A stretch of 64,000 bases of DNA from an uncultured virus (IMG/VR IMGVR_UViG_3300046697_000351) (taxonomy: Duplodnaviria; Heunggongvirae; Uroviricota; Caudoviricetes), in IMG/VR virus record IMGVR_UViG_3300046697_000351, positions 1 to 64,000 of that record; one strand, written 5' to 3'. The notes under the pieces were generated by a model that saw nothing but the letters and a program-made list of their open reading frames with translations, was not told where the DNA came from and did not search any database. The position numbers were made by a program, and so were the translations under genes. Positions 54,594 to 64,000 of this stretch are shown here, in pieces (position 1 is the stretch's first letter; every line of letters begins with the position of its first letter).

Positions 54594-56219
54594 TCAGCTC
54601 GCGATGTAGATCGTTATATCCCCGGCCAGCGGATACTGATCCCGGCCCAGGACGATGGTCGAGGCCGTGGCCTGGCCCCTGATCGCCAGCAGCGCCAGGG
54701 GCTCGGTATCGTTGACCCCCGCGACGCTGTCGATCAGATCGAAGCTGGTGCTGTACTTGATTGTGGCCCCGAGCGTCAACCCCCCGATGTACTCGGCGAT
54801 GTTCGATTGAATCTGGGCCACGGTCGCGACGGGATCGGCGCCGGGCACGAGCGTGATCGTATCCGTTACGTCGATGAAGACCTCGATCGCGGACCTGGGC
54901 AACAAATTCCTGGCCGGGACCGCGTTCATGTTCTGGTTCATGAAGAAGTCGAGGGCGTTCTGCAACACGCCGTTGTACTGGTAGGTCACGGTCAGGACGT
55001 CGCCACCGCTGACCCCGGAGATCACGACCAGAGAATCGGTGGAACTCGTGCTCTCGGAGACGTCGCTGACGTCCTTGGCCAGCAAATACTGGGTCGGGGG
55101 CAGGGTCACGGATGTCGTGGTGTCGTAGACGCTTGTGATCGAGAGCACGGGCTGTAGGCTGAGGACCATCGGGGTTCCGACTAAGGTCGGGACCGTGATG
55201 GTGTCGACCTGAGTCAGACCTATGTTTGCCTCGGCCTGGATGTAGAGGTCGACGTAGCCTCCCGCGCCCTCGGCCCTGGTCAGCAGAGGGTCACCGGCGC
55301 CGACGACCAGGGCATCAATTACGTTTGGAAGCGTCAGGGCCAGGCGCCGGATGCCACGGAAGGTCACGGCGTCATTGGCCAAGAACGTGGCCTGTATCCT
55401 GGCCGCGAAGTCGGCGGCGGACTCGGAGTCGGTTCCGCCCGTGGTCGCGTTCTGGTTATAGACCGTGGACACGCCCGTGATCGTTGACCCCAGGAGCGTG
55501 ATCGTCCCGGGGCCGACATTGCCCGCCGCGCCCGCGACCTGGGCCTGGATCGGGATCGTGACGCTGGATTGCCCCGGGTAAATGGTCCCGCTCTCGGTCG
55601 TGATGAAACCCAGTGACGTCTGGGCCGTGGTCGAGAGCGTGGACACCACCTCTCCCAGGGGCACGACGATCGGAATCGTCGTGATCTGAGGCGCACTGAA
55701 CGTAGCGAACCCGGTGCTGAACGTTGGCCCGCCAGGGGTCAGATTGAAGTTGGCGCCGTAGTCGGCGAGTTCGGTGCCCTGAAACTCGTCGACGTTGGAG
55801 AGGGAGTAGATGTCGGCCACGCGTTGGATCGAGGAGTAGAGGTTGGCCAGGCTCGTGCTCGGGAGGTCGCAGAACAGGTTCATGGTCACGGACCCGTCCT
55901 GGGTCGAGGCCAGAGGCTGGAGCGCCCCGAGGTTGGTCTGCATCTCGGTCCTGACCGTGACGAAGTCCTTGAACGACGAGTCCCCCTGGAAGGTGTAGGT
56001 CGCGTAGTAGGCAACGCCGGTGGCGGGCTGCTTGCCCGGCAGCGACCAGTCCACGCCTCCGCTTGTCAGCTGATAGTCGACGCCAAGGGTGAAGTCGGCC
56101 TCGGACGCGGAGTACCCGACGTTGACTAGGGATAGGGCGGTGAAGGCCAGGGCGTCGATCCCCCCGGGATCGCCCTTGAACACCCGCTCTGTTATCTGGT
56201 TAATAAGAGGGATTGCCAT
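54594..56219 (-). CDS. Baseplate J-like protein
   Basis: AQVAGAAGNV...GGTDSESAADFAARI...GYVDLYI. Confidence 0.9.
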   Translation of the reverse strand: MAIPLINQITERVFKGDPGGIDALAFTALSLVNVGYSASEADFTLGVDYQLTSGGVDWSLPGKQPATGVAYYATYTFQGDSSFKDFVTVRTEMQTNLGALQPLASTQDGSVTMNLFCDLPSTSLANLYSSIQRVADIYSLSNVDEFQGTELADYGANFNLTPGGPTFSTGFATFSAPQITTIPIVVPLGEVVSTLSTTAQTSLGFITTESGTIYPGQSSVTIPIQAQVAGAAGNVGPGTITLLGSTITGVSTVYNQNATTGGTDSESAADFAARIQATFLANDAVTFRGIRRLALTLPNVIDALVVGAGDPLLTRAEGAGGYVDLYIQAEANIGLTQVDTITVPTLVGTPMVLSLQPVLSITSVYDTTTSVTLPPTQYLLAKDVSDVSESTSSTDSLVVISGVSGGDVLTVTYQYNGVLQNALDFFMNQNMNAVPARNLLPRSAIEVFIDVTDTITLVPGADPVATVAQIQSNIAEYIGGLTLGATIKYSTSFDLIDSVAGVNDTEPLALLAIRGQATASTIVLGRDQYPLAGDITIYIAS

Positions 56220-56231
56220 GGTTTTTCCTTG

Positions 56232-56666
56232 CTATTGGGTTTGCCCTTGACCTGCGAGCTGCTGGGCGAAGACCAGGCGCTCCCCGGCCTGGCTCACGAT
56301 CGCGATCTGGACCTCGATGCCGGTGTTCGAGGTCGGGATCACGGCGATGGCGTCGACGTGGTCGATCAGCTCCGAGTAGGTCATGGTCTGGATCGTGGTC
56401 TGGGTCGCTTGCAGGGATTGGAGCAGGGACAAGGCCTGCGAGCAGGTGTTGGCCACGATCCCCTGCACCGTCGAGAAATCCATGGGTTTGCCCATCAGGC
56501 CTCTCAGCTTCGTCCCGTACTGGACGTTCCCGGGGTCGGAGCCGAGTGGGGTCAGCATGATCTTTGACACGTCCTGGGCCAGCTTCGCCGTGTTCTGGAC
56601 GATCATGGGGTTGCCGTCAGAGCCGAAGGAGATGTCGCCGTTGAGGAGCTGGAGGTCGTAGCTCAT
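56232..56666 (-). CDS. gp25/GpW-like baseplate wedge protein
   Basis: KIMLTPLGSDP...YGT-L. Confidence 0.8.
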   Translation of the reverse strand: MSYDLQLLNGDISFGSDGNPMIVQNTAKLAQDVSKIMLTPLGSDPGNVQYGTKLRGLMGKPMDFSTVQGIVANTCSQALSLLQSLQATQTTIQTMTYSELIDHVDAIAVIPTSNTGIEVQIAIVSQAGERLVFAQQLAGQGQTQ

Positions 56667-58183
56667 GCGAGTACCGTTATGTTTCCTGTGGTTATTTTTG
56701 AAGTCAAGGACGACGGCGCCAGATTCACCGCCGCCGCCGCCGCCGCAATCGATCCGGACAGGGCGCCGGGGGGAAGCACAGACGGGGCTTCAGATATGAA
56801 TAAATTCAGGAACGCGGTTAGGGCCTGGACGAAGGGCCAAAATTTTGGGTCCGATGCCACATCGGACACCACGGTGTCATTGATTCTGGAAATACCTTGT
56901 CCGGTATATCCCATTGACGCAGGTATTGTTGGGGGGCCTGCCCAGCTGTTCAACACGATCTGGTTCCCGGACAGGTTCAGGGTTCCGGTGGCGGCGGCGA
57001 TGCTAATGTGGCCTTTGAGTGCTATTAACTCGTAGTCCCCGGTCGCGAGCGTGGTGCTGATGTCTCCGGTGATCTCCACCGTGGAGTCCCCGTAGACGTT
57101 CCGGAACTCGTTTCCATATAGGATCATCTGATCCGGAACCGATCCAGTCGCGGTCCCGATCTGAGTGACTCTCCCGTTGCCCAGGGGATCGCCACTGATA
57201 AACACCGTCGCCGACGCGGCCTCGTATGAATCGGAATTGTCTATGCTCAGGTACCTGTCGGACATGCTTAGATTCGCGGGCCCGGTCAGCGTCTCATTCA
57301 GGCTATACGAATTTAGATTTATGCTGTTGTCGGCGTTGATCGTTCGGTCCTGGGAGCCCTCGACCAGGGACTGATTCGTGTCGAAGCTCTTGTTCTGAGT
57401 CATCTCCGTCACGGCGTTATCGGCCTTGACCATGTAATTCTGGCACTGGACCGAGAACGTGCCATTTGATTCAAAACTGACGTCCCCGGCGTTGGCGAAT
57501 GTGACCTCTCCGGTCTTCCCATTTATGTAGAGCTGGAACAAGCTGGTCTTATCTCCCGCAGACTGATCCATGAGGTTGTCGGCCATGTAGCTGAGTTCAG
57601 CCTGGTTGGTCATGTACAGAGTCGATCCCAAAAGTTGCTTGTTGATCGAGGCCGGGAGCGGCAACTGCGTGACTGGGTCCATCAGGAAAGCCGGAGCATG
57701 GCAGTTCGGGCATTGCTCGATCAATGTCGTGGCGTTGATATTCGCTTCCCAGGCGGTCAACAAGGACGTTACGCCGCAGGTAAGGCACTTGGCGGAATCC
57801 CCGCGAACTCGAATATATACCTCTCCCTCTTGCAGGTCCTCAGGCATACCATAGACCTGCTTGTACATCTGGTAGTATGAGTCCGGGGCCATGGTGTTAA
57901 GGGGATAGTAGCCGAGGACCAGGGGCATCTGCATCGGTCTGATCCCGACCACGACATGTGTCCCCACCGTGGGAACGGCGAATATCCCTCCGCCGGGGTA
58001 GGCCATGGGCATAGGGATCGGGACCGTGGTCCTCGTGCTGGTCTTATCCAAGATGTTCAGGCTGCACATCATATTCACGGTGTCAACGCTCGTGATCTGG
58101 GCGAGCCTCAGGTACTTCACTTCCTCGACCGCCTGCCGGTTGCCCTGGTTAAAGAATAGGTCAGATAAATTATTTTTGATCAT
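56663..58183 (-). CDS. Baseplate central spike (gpV/gp5-like)
   Basis: OB-fold PTVGTHVVVG...LGY, then beta-helix-like repeats. Confidence 0.65.
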   Translation of the reverse strand: MIKNNLSDLFFNQGNRQAVEEVKYLRLAQITSVDTVNMMCSLNILDKTSTRTTVPIPMPMAYPGGGIFAVPTVGTHVVVGIRPMQMPLVLGYYPLNTMAPDSYYQMYKQVYGMPEDLQEGEVYIRVRGDSAKCLTCGVTSLLTAWEANINATTLIEQCPNCHAPAFLMDPVTQLPLPASINKQLLGSTLYMTNQAELSYMADNLMDQSAGDKTSLFQLYINGKTGEVTFANAGDVSFESNGTFSVQCQNYMVKADNAVTEMTQNKSFDTNQSLVEGSQDRTINADNSINLNSYSLNETLTGPANLSMSDRYLSIDNSDSYEAASATVFISGDPLGNGRVTQIGTATGSVPDQMILYGNEFRNVYGDSTVEITGDISTTLATGDYELIALKGHISIAAATGTLNLSGNQIVLNSWAGPPTIPASMGYTGQGISRINDTVVSDVASDPKFWPFVQALTAFLNLFISEAPSVLPPGALSGSIAAAAAAVNLAPSSLTSKITTGNITVLA

Positions 58184-58184
58184 A

Positions 58185-61100
58185 TCAGCACTTTGGATCG
58201 ATGTATGCGATCGCCAGTCCCATTATGTAATACTGCTGCGTCAGCTGGTTGGACGGGGTCACGGTCAGGCTTAGATTTTTCTGCACGGAGCCTGAGGAGT
58301 TGGTCGCGATGATCGTAAAATTAATGGTGTTGGTCTGCCCGCTCATGACCGTGCTCGTCGTAATTGCTGCACTCGGACCGACTGGGGCGGAGTACGTTGT
58401 TGTGGTGGGTACAGACCTCGCCGCTGGGGCAGAACTTGAGGTCAGGACACCGGATATTTCTCCTGTATATTTATTTATCGATAATCCCTCGGGGAGACCG
58501 AGAGCGTTATATGAGGTGGGGTTGTTCAGAGCCACGATCGCGTACGTGAACGGGACCCCAACTTTTGCAGACGCCGACAGTTGACTGGTTATGACAGGAG
58601 CGGGCAACCGGGAGGAACCTGGAGCGGCAGAAGACGGAGCCGCTCCCAAAAAAGAGCTTAGCATAGAGGTAAAAGATGGTGGCACCGAGGCCGGAGGCGC
58701 GGATGGGGTAGATATGCTGACGTGGTTCCTGTCTATCGCACTGGGCAGGAATGAGTTAGTGTTGATCCAGATCGTGGGGACGCCCTTTATCGTATTCCCC
58801 AGAAATTCTGGGAGGTCGGCAATGATTGCTTGGGCCGCTACGACTTCCAGGGCGTGGCCCAGGCTGTAGGGGGACTGGGCTACATAGATATATGCCGCGA
58901 TCGGGAATTTGAACGATATTATTGGCGTAGTGTCGATCCCGGCCTGCTGCAATGGCGCGAGGAAGGCGGAGGCCCCAGTTTTTTGCAGGATGTCCCCGGT
59001 TGGGAACGTCTCCCTGAGTACGAACTTTATCTTTGAACTCCCTAGATAGGCCTTGAATGCCAGTACCTCGGGGTTCGCGATCAGGGCCGCAAGCTCTTGT
59101 TCGGCGGAATTTATTTCCTTCCCTATGAAATTATTCAACTTAGTTAAGTAAGCCGCGACCAGCTCCGGGCCTTTGTTTTTTACATCTTTGAGGAAATTCC
59201 ATATCTTACCCGGGGCGTTCTCGATGTCGGTCACGGCATTATTATACGCTGTTACCACCGAAGACCAGGCTTGAGATCGGGCCGCTACGATTCTGGGCTT
59301 TGACTGCTTCGGGTTCTTCTTCTTGCTTTGCTTGTTGCAGAGTGCGGATCGGATCACCGAGGTCGAGAGCACTGCTGAAATCTTGGTTATGAACGTTCTC
59401 GTGGCTGAGGCCTTCACCGGTTGACAGGTGAATCCGAACTGACTTGAGGTACCGGGGTTTAACGCTGCGGGATTTCCCGTCGCGATGAAGTTCAACTTGG
59501 CGCTGGCAACGCTCACGAAATTAGTGGCGTTCACCGCCGCGTTCCCCTGGCCGTAAAAGTTACACATGCTGGTGTACGTTTCGTCCGTCTGTGGTCCGGA
59601 CGTCCCATATCCCACGCTACCGCTGGGAAGCGCGTCTGTCCAATGCCGACCATGGGTGAGCCCTAGGGTTGTGGTAAAATCCTTGCCCTGCGTGTAGCTG
59701 TGGTTAATGGTTGATATGTAGTAGACGAGCATCTGCTGCAACGACGTGAGAGTGCTGTTCGGGGTCGTGGTCGAGGGTGCCGTCGACGTAGACGTGGCCG
59801 TCGAGACCGTGGAGTTGGCGGGCAAGGACACTCCTGGAGCCGAGGTCGCAAACGGGTTTAGGCTCACCGATTGCAGGGCGCCCCCCAGGTTTCCGACAAA
59901 GGCTACGGTGTTGCACAGCCTCAGCTCGGGAGTCCCGTTTATGGTCACGGTCGCCGACTTCAGCTCGGCGTTGCGTCGGTTCAGGAGCGCGCGACAGTAA
60001 CTGGCGCGGCCCTGATCGACATTATACTGGTCACCTTGGTTGGCCTGGCTCGGACCAACCTGCCCAGACGGGGGCGGGGTCGTGCCACTGAAAATTGGCG
60101 ATGATTTTTTCTGGTACCTGACCGCGTACCTCTGGAGGACTGGGGTTGAAGTCTGGACAAAGGACCTGCCCTGGATAATAGGATCGATCGTGCTACCGTT
60201 TGCGAAGAAGCTCGGTTGCGTGTCGAGTTCCATCACGGTTACCACCGCCTTCTCGTCCACGGAGTGAGCTTCGGAAATAATGTCGATGTCCTCGATGTAG
60301 TACTGGGGGGCGAACGGGTTCAGATAGTAGAGCGGCGGATGATAGTTGAGGACCCCCATGTTGTCGGCGTACCACTCGAATTCTTGGACCTCGGCGATCT
60401 GGGCGCAGACCTCCCATTTTGTTAGTTCATCCGTCTCCCACATCCTGAACGCGTCCCGGAGCTGAGTCGCGTACGGTGGCCAGTTATTGGCCAGATCATT
60501 GAAGATGTTGACCTTGATGTCCTTAAAATCCCAGGCCAAGTTCACGACCTGGTTCCCGATGCTCACGGTTGATGTAGTTGTGCTCTTAGTCGCCGCCGCA
60601 TTGGTCGCGGTCGATGTCGCGGCGGTGGACGCGGTTGGAGTCGTCCCGGGGATGGCAAGTACTGGCGCTGGAGTAGTCGCTTGATTGGACAAAGCGGTCG
60701 CGGAAGCCGAAGTCGATGTCGCGGTCATGACCGTGGCTGGCATGTATCCGGGGCCGCTTTGAACATTGACCGTCGTAGCCACGAACGTGGCGTTGGACAT
60801 TCCCAGGATGGAGCCCGTCTGACCCTGGATTACGCTCTGCACCATTTCGCCGCCGGTAAGATTATTGGGCTGGTTCTCGGCGGCGATCAGGCTGCTTCCA
60901 AAGACCGTGGTCTGTAGGCCGAGGCTGTTCAGGGTCGTATCCAACTGGGGGTCGATGTTTATCCTGGCGAGGCGCACCATCCTCCCGACATCCTCGCCAT
61001 CGACCTTTACGGCCACGGTGCTGCCTGAGTAGGAAACGCTAGTTTTAGTCACGAATCCGGTGAAAATGGGGTAGTAATCGGTGGGGAAGTTAGCGCTCAC

Positions 61101-62273
61101 AGAGTAGCGCCTCCTGGCCCAAATCTGAATCATGTCGAAGGGCGCGATCGTGGTTTCCCGCATGTTCGCGGTTAAGATGCTCAGGGTCCGAGCCGGGATC
61201 GCCGACCCGCGCGTGGTCGTTGATCCGCTAGACACCTGCTTCTCAAGGTTCGCCATGTTAAAGACGTCATTGACCTGGAGCCCGAAGAAGAGGTCTGGAA
61301 CCTGACCGTTGGCTGCCAGGGGCAAGTGGAAGGTAACGGACCCGGTGCCGGGCTGTCCCTTCCTGTTCATCGAGGTCTGCATCGAGTAGGGGCCGAGCAG
61401 GCAGTCGAGCAGGATCGGATCGTAGAAGGGTTGGAGCGCTGAGGACTTTTTCAGGACCGAGAGGTTGCTCTTGGCGTCGTTCAGCTGAGTGTTCAGGATC
61501 GCAATCTGTTGCTGGAGGTCTATTGCGAGTCCGAGTTTGTCGGTGGAAACCCCGACCAGATTTTGGAGGGCATTCAAGTTGGTGATCAAATTGCTGAGCA
61601 GCGTCCCCGTGGTCTGCTGTCCGGGGATTGCCGAGGTCCCGATGCTATTAATAAAGGCACTGGCGACGTTGTTCTTGATCAGAGTCGTGAGCGCATCCTC
61701 TATGGCTGTACATGTGTTCTGGATGTCGGCCATCGGCAATGGTATGGTGTTTGATATTGAAGTCACGTTGTTTAAGGTCGTCTGGAAATTTGAAGAGGCC
61801 TGGGAAAGAGGGGACGGTGCAGTCGGGCTACTCGGAATCGAGTTGAAATTATTTATGTTCGTAACCAACTTCGGGTAGAATGCGAGGTCGGTCTGGAGCT
61901 GGTTCTGCTGCGCCGTGCTGAGGCTGAACTCGGAGGGGTTTATTGATAGGCCAGCCAACTCATTTTTGAAACTGGTTAACTGGGCGCTCAGGCTCGCCAC
62001 GTTCGCGATTGCCTTTGCGAGGTTGTCCTCGAATTCGGTGGCCACGGACCTAGCCTTGATCGTGACCTGCTTATTAAACTGCGTTGGCTGATACGATGCA
62101 AAGGCCTGTTTTATCTGCTTATCCGAGGGCATCGTCACGTCCTGGGAATAGGCCGAACCCGTGATCTGGCTCGGGGCGAGCGTAACGCCAGGAACATAGG
62201 TCAGCTCTCCGGGGACCAGGAGCCTCCGGAAGAAGACCTTGATGTCCGGTTGCGGCGTGATCACGTTCGGCAT
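58185..62273 (-). CDS. Baseplate hub-like protein with C-terminal putative Ig domain
   Basis: IFTGFVTK...VDGED, FEWYADNMG, TINGTPELR, TTTLGLT; GLPEGLSINKYTGEISG. Confidence 0.7.
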   Translation of the reverse strand: MPNVITPQPDIKVFFRRLLVPGELTYVPGVTLAPSQITGSAYSQDVTMPSDKQIKQAFASYQPTQFNKQVTIKARSVATEFEDNLAKAIANVASLSAQLTSFKNELAGLSINPSEFSLSTAQQNQLQTDLAFYPKLVTNINNFNSIPSSPTAPSPLSQASSNFQTTLNNVTSISNTIPLPMADIQNTCTAIEDALTTLIKNNVASAFINSIGTSAIPGQQTTGTLLSNLITNLNALQNLVGVSTDKLGLAIDLQQQIAILNTQLNDAKSNLSVLKKSSALQPFYDPILLDCLLGPYSMQTSMNRKGQPGTGSVTFHLPLAANGQVPDLFFGLQVNDVFNMANLEKQVSSGSTTTRGSAIPARTLSILTANMRETTIAPFDMIQIWARRRYSVSANFPTDYYPIFTGFVTKTSVSYSGSTVAVKVDGEDVGRMVRLARINIDPQLDTTLNSLGLQTTVFGSSLIAAENQPNNLTGGEMVQSVIQGQTGSILGMSNATFVATTVNVQSGPGYMPATVMTATSTSASATALSNQATTPAPVLAIPGTTPTASTAATSTATNAAATKSTTTSTVSIGNQVVNLAWDFKDIKVNIFNDLANNWPPYATQLRDAFRMWETDELTKWEVCAQIAEVQEFEWYADNMGVLNYHPPLYYLNPFAPQYYIEDIDIISEAHSVDEKAVVTVMELDTQPSFFANGSTIDPIIQGRSFVQTSTPVLQRYAVRYQKKSSPIFSGTTPPPSGQVGPSQANQGDQYNVDQGRASYCRALLNRRNAELKSATVTINGTPELRLCNTVAFVGNLGGALQSVSLNPFATSAPGVSLPANSTVSTATSTSTAPSTTTPNSTLTSLQQMLVYYISTINHSYTQGKDFTTTLGLTHGRHWTDALPSGSVGYGTSGPQTDETYTSMCNFYGQGNAAVNATNFVSVASAKLNFIATGNPAALNPGTSSQFGFTCQPVKASATRTFITKISAVLSTSVIRSALCNKQSKKKNPKQSKPRIVAARSQAWSSVVTAYNNAVTDIENAPGKIWNFLKDVKNKGPELVAAYLTKLNNFIGKEINSAEQELAALIANPEVLAFKAYLGSSKIKFVLRETFPTGDILQKTGASAFLAPLQQAGIDTTPIISFKFPIAAYIYVAQSPYSLGHALEVVAAQAIIADLPEFLGNTIKGVPTIWINTNSFLPSAIDRNHVSISTPSAPPASVPPSFTSMLSSFLGAAPSSAAPGSSRLPAPVITSQLSASAKVGVPFTYAIVALNNPTSYNALGLPEGLSINKYTGEISGVLTSSSAPAARSVPTTTTYSAPVGPSAAITTSTVMSGQTNTINFTIIATNSSGSVQKNLSLTVTPSNQLTQQYYIMGLAIAYIDPKC

Positions 62274-62274
62274 A

Positions 62275-63015
62275 TTAGAAGAGCTGGACCCCCCAGCCGC
62301 TGCCGTACTGAACGGGAGACGCTGCGATCGCGCTTATGTTAGTTTTATTGATGTTGCCGAGCTTGTTCATGTTGATGAGATTCGCTGCCGTCGTCGCGAT
62401 GTTGCTGCTGAGGACAGAAGTCACGTTCTTGGTCACGGTAAACGTGAAGCTATAGGTAAACTGGTACGGGACGTCGGCGCTAAGGCTATAGGAAAAATCG
62501 TTGAAGTACCCGTTCAGGACCTGACTCTCGTATAGCATGGAAAGGATCGGGTTACCGAGGAATGGCTGGGCATCGTTGAATCGGCTCTGGTAGCACTGGC
62601 GCTTGAGCAGCTCGAACGCGGCCAGAGGTTGCTTGCTGACCTGGAAGTAGGCGGTGGCCGCCGTCACGGTTATGATCTCAAGGTCGTGGCCCCAAAACTG
62701 GACGACGAAGCCGCCGCGCGTTGGTTTCTTGTCCAGGAGTACGTTCTTCTTTACCTCTATCGTCTTCGGGTTCAGGTAGAGTTGGACCACGGGGTTCTGG
62801 ACCTGCCCCAGCAAGAAGTCTGCGGAGTTGAAATTTGCGGTCAGGCTGCTGAAGTTCTTCAGCTGGCTGGCGCTGGGGACGGCGGCCTTCAGGAAATTGG
62901 TGGCATTCTGCCCGACCTGGGCCGTCAAGCCGTTGGCTCCTAGGGTCGCGACCACGAGGTCGGTGAACGCCATCTTCGTCACGTGGAGGCTGGATGCTGT
63001 CGGGATTATGGCCAT
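62275..63015 (-). CDS. Tail tube initiator-like protein
   Basis: LYLNP...TRGGFVVQFWG...GYF...YSFTF; follows the tape measure. Confidence 0.6.
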   Translation of the reverse strand: MAIIPTASSLHVTKMAFTDLVVATLGANGLTAQVGQNATNFLKAAVPSASQLKNFSSLTANFNSADFLLGQVQNPVVQLYLNPKTIEVKKNVLLDKKPTRGGFVVQFWGHDLEIITVTAATAYFQVSKQPLAAFELLKRQCYQSRFNDAQPFLGNPILSMLYESQVLNGYFNDFSYSLSADVPYQFTYSFTFTVTKNVTSVLSSNIATTAANLINMNKLGNINKTNISAIAASPVQYGSGWGVQLF

Positions 63016-63017
63016 AT

Positions 63018-64000
63018 CTATACCGAGTAGATGGCTCTGCTGGCTTGTTCTGTTATTTTATCTGCCAGCTCGGAACACGCTAGTTTTATGTCGTCGCCTA
63101 TTTCCCGACGACTCGCACCCACCGTGACATGAGCTTGAACATGTATGGTGGTGGTCGACGATCCGGCTTCTTCCTTGATATACCCAACAGGAGAGCGTGG
63201 CATTGGTTTTCTGGTACCGAATTTCTTATCCGGATTCGGATCACTGGTAAATATCATCGGTTCCCAACTTCCTTCCGGATGTTCTTTCCTTTCTTTTTGT
63301 TCGCGGGCCGCTTCATTCCATCCGTTCTTGAATCCCTCTCCGAAAGAAGTGGTACCGATACCTGTGTTGGGAACCATTTTCTTTGGATTTTCAGCAAAAT
63401 CCCCTGCTTTTTTCATGGCCGATACTAACCCTTCCCTACCAAGTATCCCAAGTTCCCTATCTATTTCCAGTATCCTATCCGATAATTTCCTGGCAGAATC
63501 AGCAGCTTTTTCACCAGCTGTTGAAAGATTTTTTAGTGCGACTGTGGAAGCATCGCGCTGCTTATCCATGGTGTCGGCTACGGATTCTTTTCTGGTTAGA
63601 TCGAGTTTTTCTGGATGCTCAAATTGCTTCTGATATTCTTCCGGGCTTGCCAGAGGGGAGCCCGAGAAAAGGTCATAGAGTTTTTGGAATACCAGCAGTT
63701 GATTTTGCCCGCCCATTTCCTTGGCCATGGTCTGGGCTAATCCGGCAGCCCCCCCAGATGCTTCGTAGGCCGATTTCCCACGATCGCTCATCATTGTGTG
63801 CAGAATCTCGTCCATGGACATGCCTTGACGCAGGCCCATCTTGGCGGCCATGTCCGGAGAATGTTGCATTATCATCGTGGCGCGCTCGATCATTTTGTCA
63901 AAGCCACCGGCTTCCGTCGAGTATCCTGCTGCAAGTTGCTGAGCAGTCACCGTGCCACGCTGAAGTTGCTTAGCGAATGTTGACGTCAATGCCGACGCCT
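63018..64000 (-). CDS. Tape measure protein, C-terminal part (starts beyond the window)
   Basis: Helical Ala/Gly/Lys-rich ORF upstream of the tube initiator and hub; product inferred from synteny. Confidence 0.6.
   Translation of the reverse strand, partial: ASALTSTFAKQLQRGTVTAQQLAAGYSTEAGGFDKMIERATMIMQHSPDMAAKMGLRQGMSMDEILHTMMSDRGKSAYEASGGAAGLAQTMAKEMGGQNQLLVFQKLYDLFSGSPLASPEEYQKQFEHPEKLDLTRKESVADTMDKQRDASTVALKNLSTAGEKAADSARKLSDRILEIDRELGILGREGLVSAMKKAGDFAENPKKMVPNTGIGTTSFGEGFKNGWNEAAREQKERKEHPEGSWEPMIFTSDPNPDKKFGTRKPMPRSPVGYIKEEAGSSTTTIHVQAHVTVGASRREIGDDIKLACSELADKITEQASRAIYSV

Noticed and set aside
1..64000. tRNA/rRNA genes or stop-codon reassignment
   Set aside because: No cloverleaf or rRNA-like segment noticed by eye (no scan run); known genes are full length in the standard code

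Overview
This window is 64 kb of a large, GC-rich tailed phage genome (contractile-tail type) with no bacterial housekeeping genes. It has five blocks. (1) 1-9.3 kb, minus strand: replication module with SSB-like and UvsY-like ORFs, fused primase-helicase, HNH endonuclease, DnaC-like loader and an initiator gene with an embedded iteron/AT-rich origin. (2) 9.5-32.5 kb, plus strand: early/accessory region with SNF2 (intein-containing) and DinG helicases, Rrf2, a SAM-lyase-like ORF, two lipoproteins and two TnpB elements. (3) 32.5-36.8 kb minus and (4) 36.9-41.4 kb plus: small-gene clusters driven by a repeated leaderless promoter cassette, ending in a bacterial-type histone. (5) 41.5-64 kb, minus strand: lysis, tail fibre, baseplate and tape-measure genes. 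The standout is at 12.1-13.85 kb: a Cas7/RAMP-like gene and a partner gene, followed by a non-coding array of seven GGCA-delimited units built from GGY-NN pentamers and closed by a 13-bp hairpin. This is a candidate non-CRISPR RNA-guided system. Second, both tnpB genes sit in ~1.34-kb elements with terminal inverted repeats (one with an 8-bp target-site duplication) and share a covarying pseudoknot-like 5' leader. All protein assignments are from motif recognition by eye; no database search was run.
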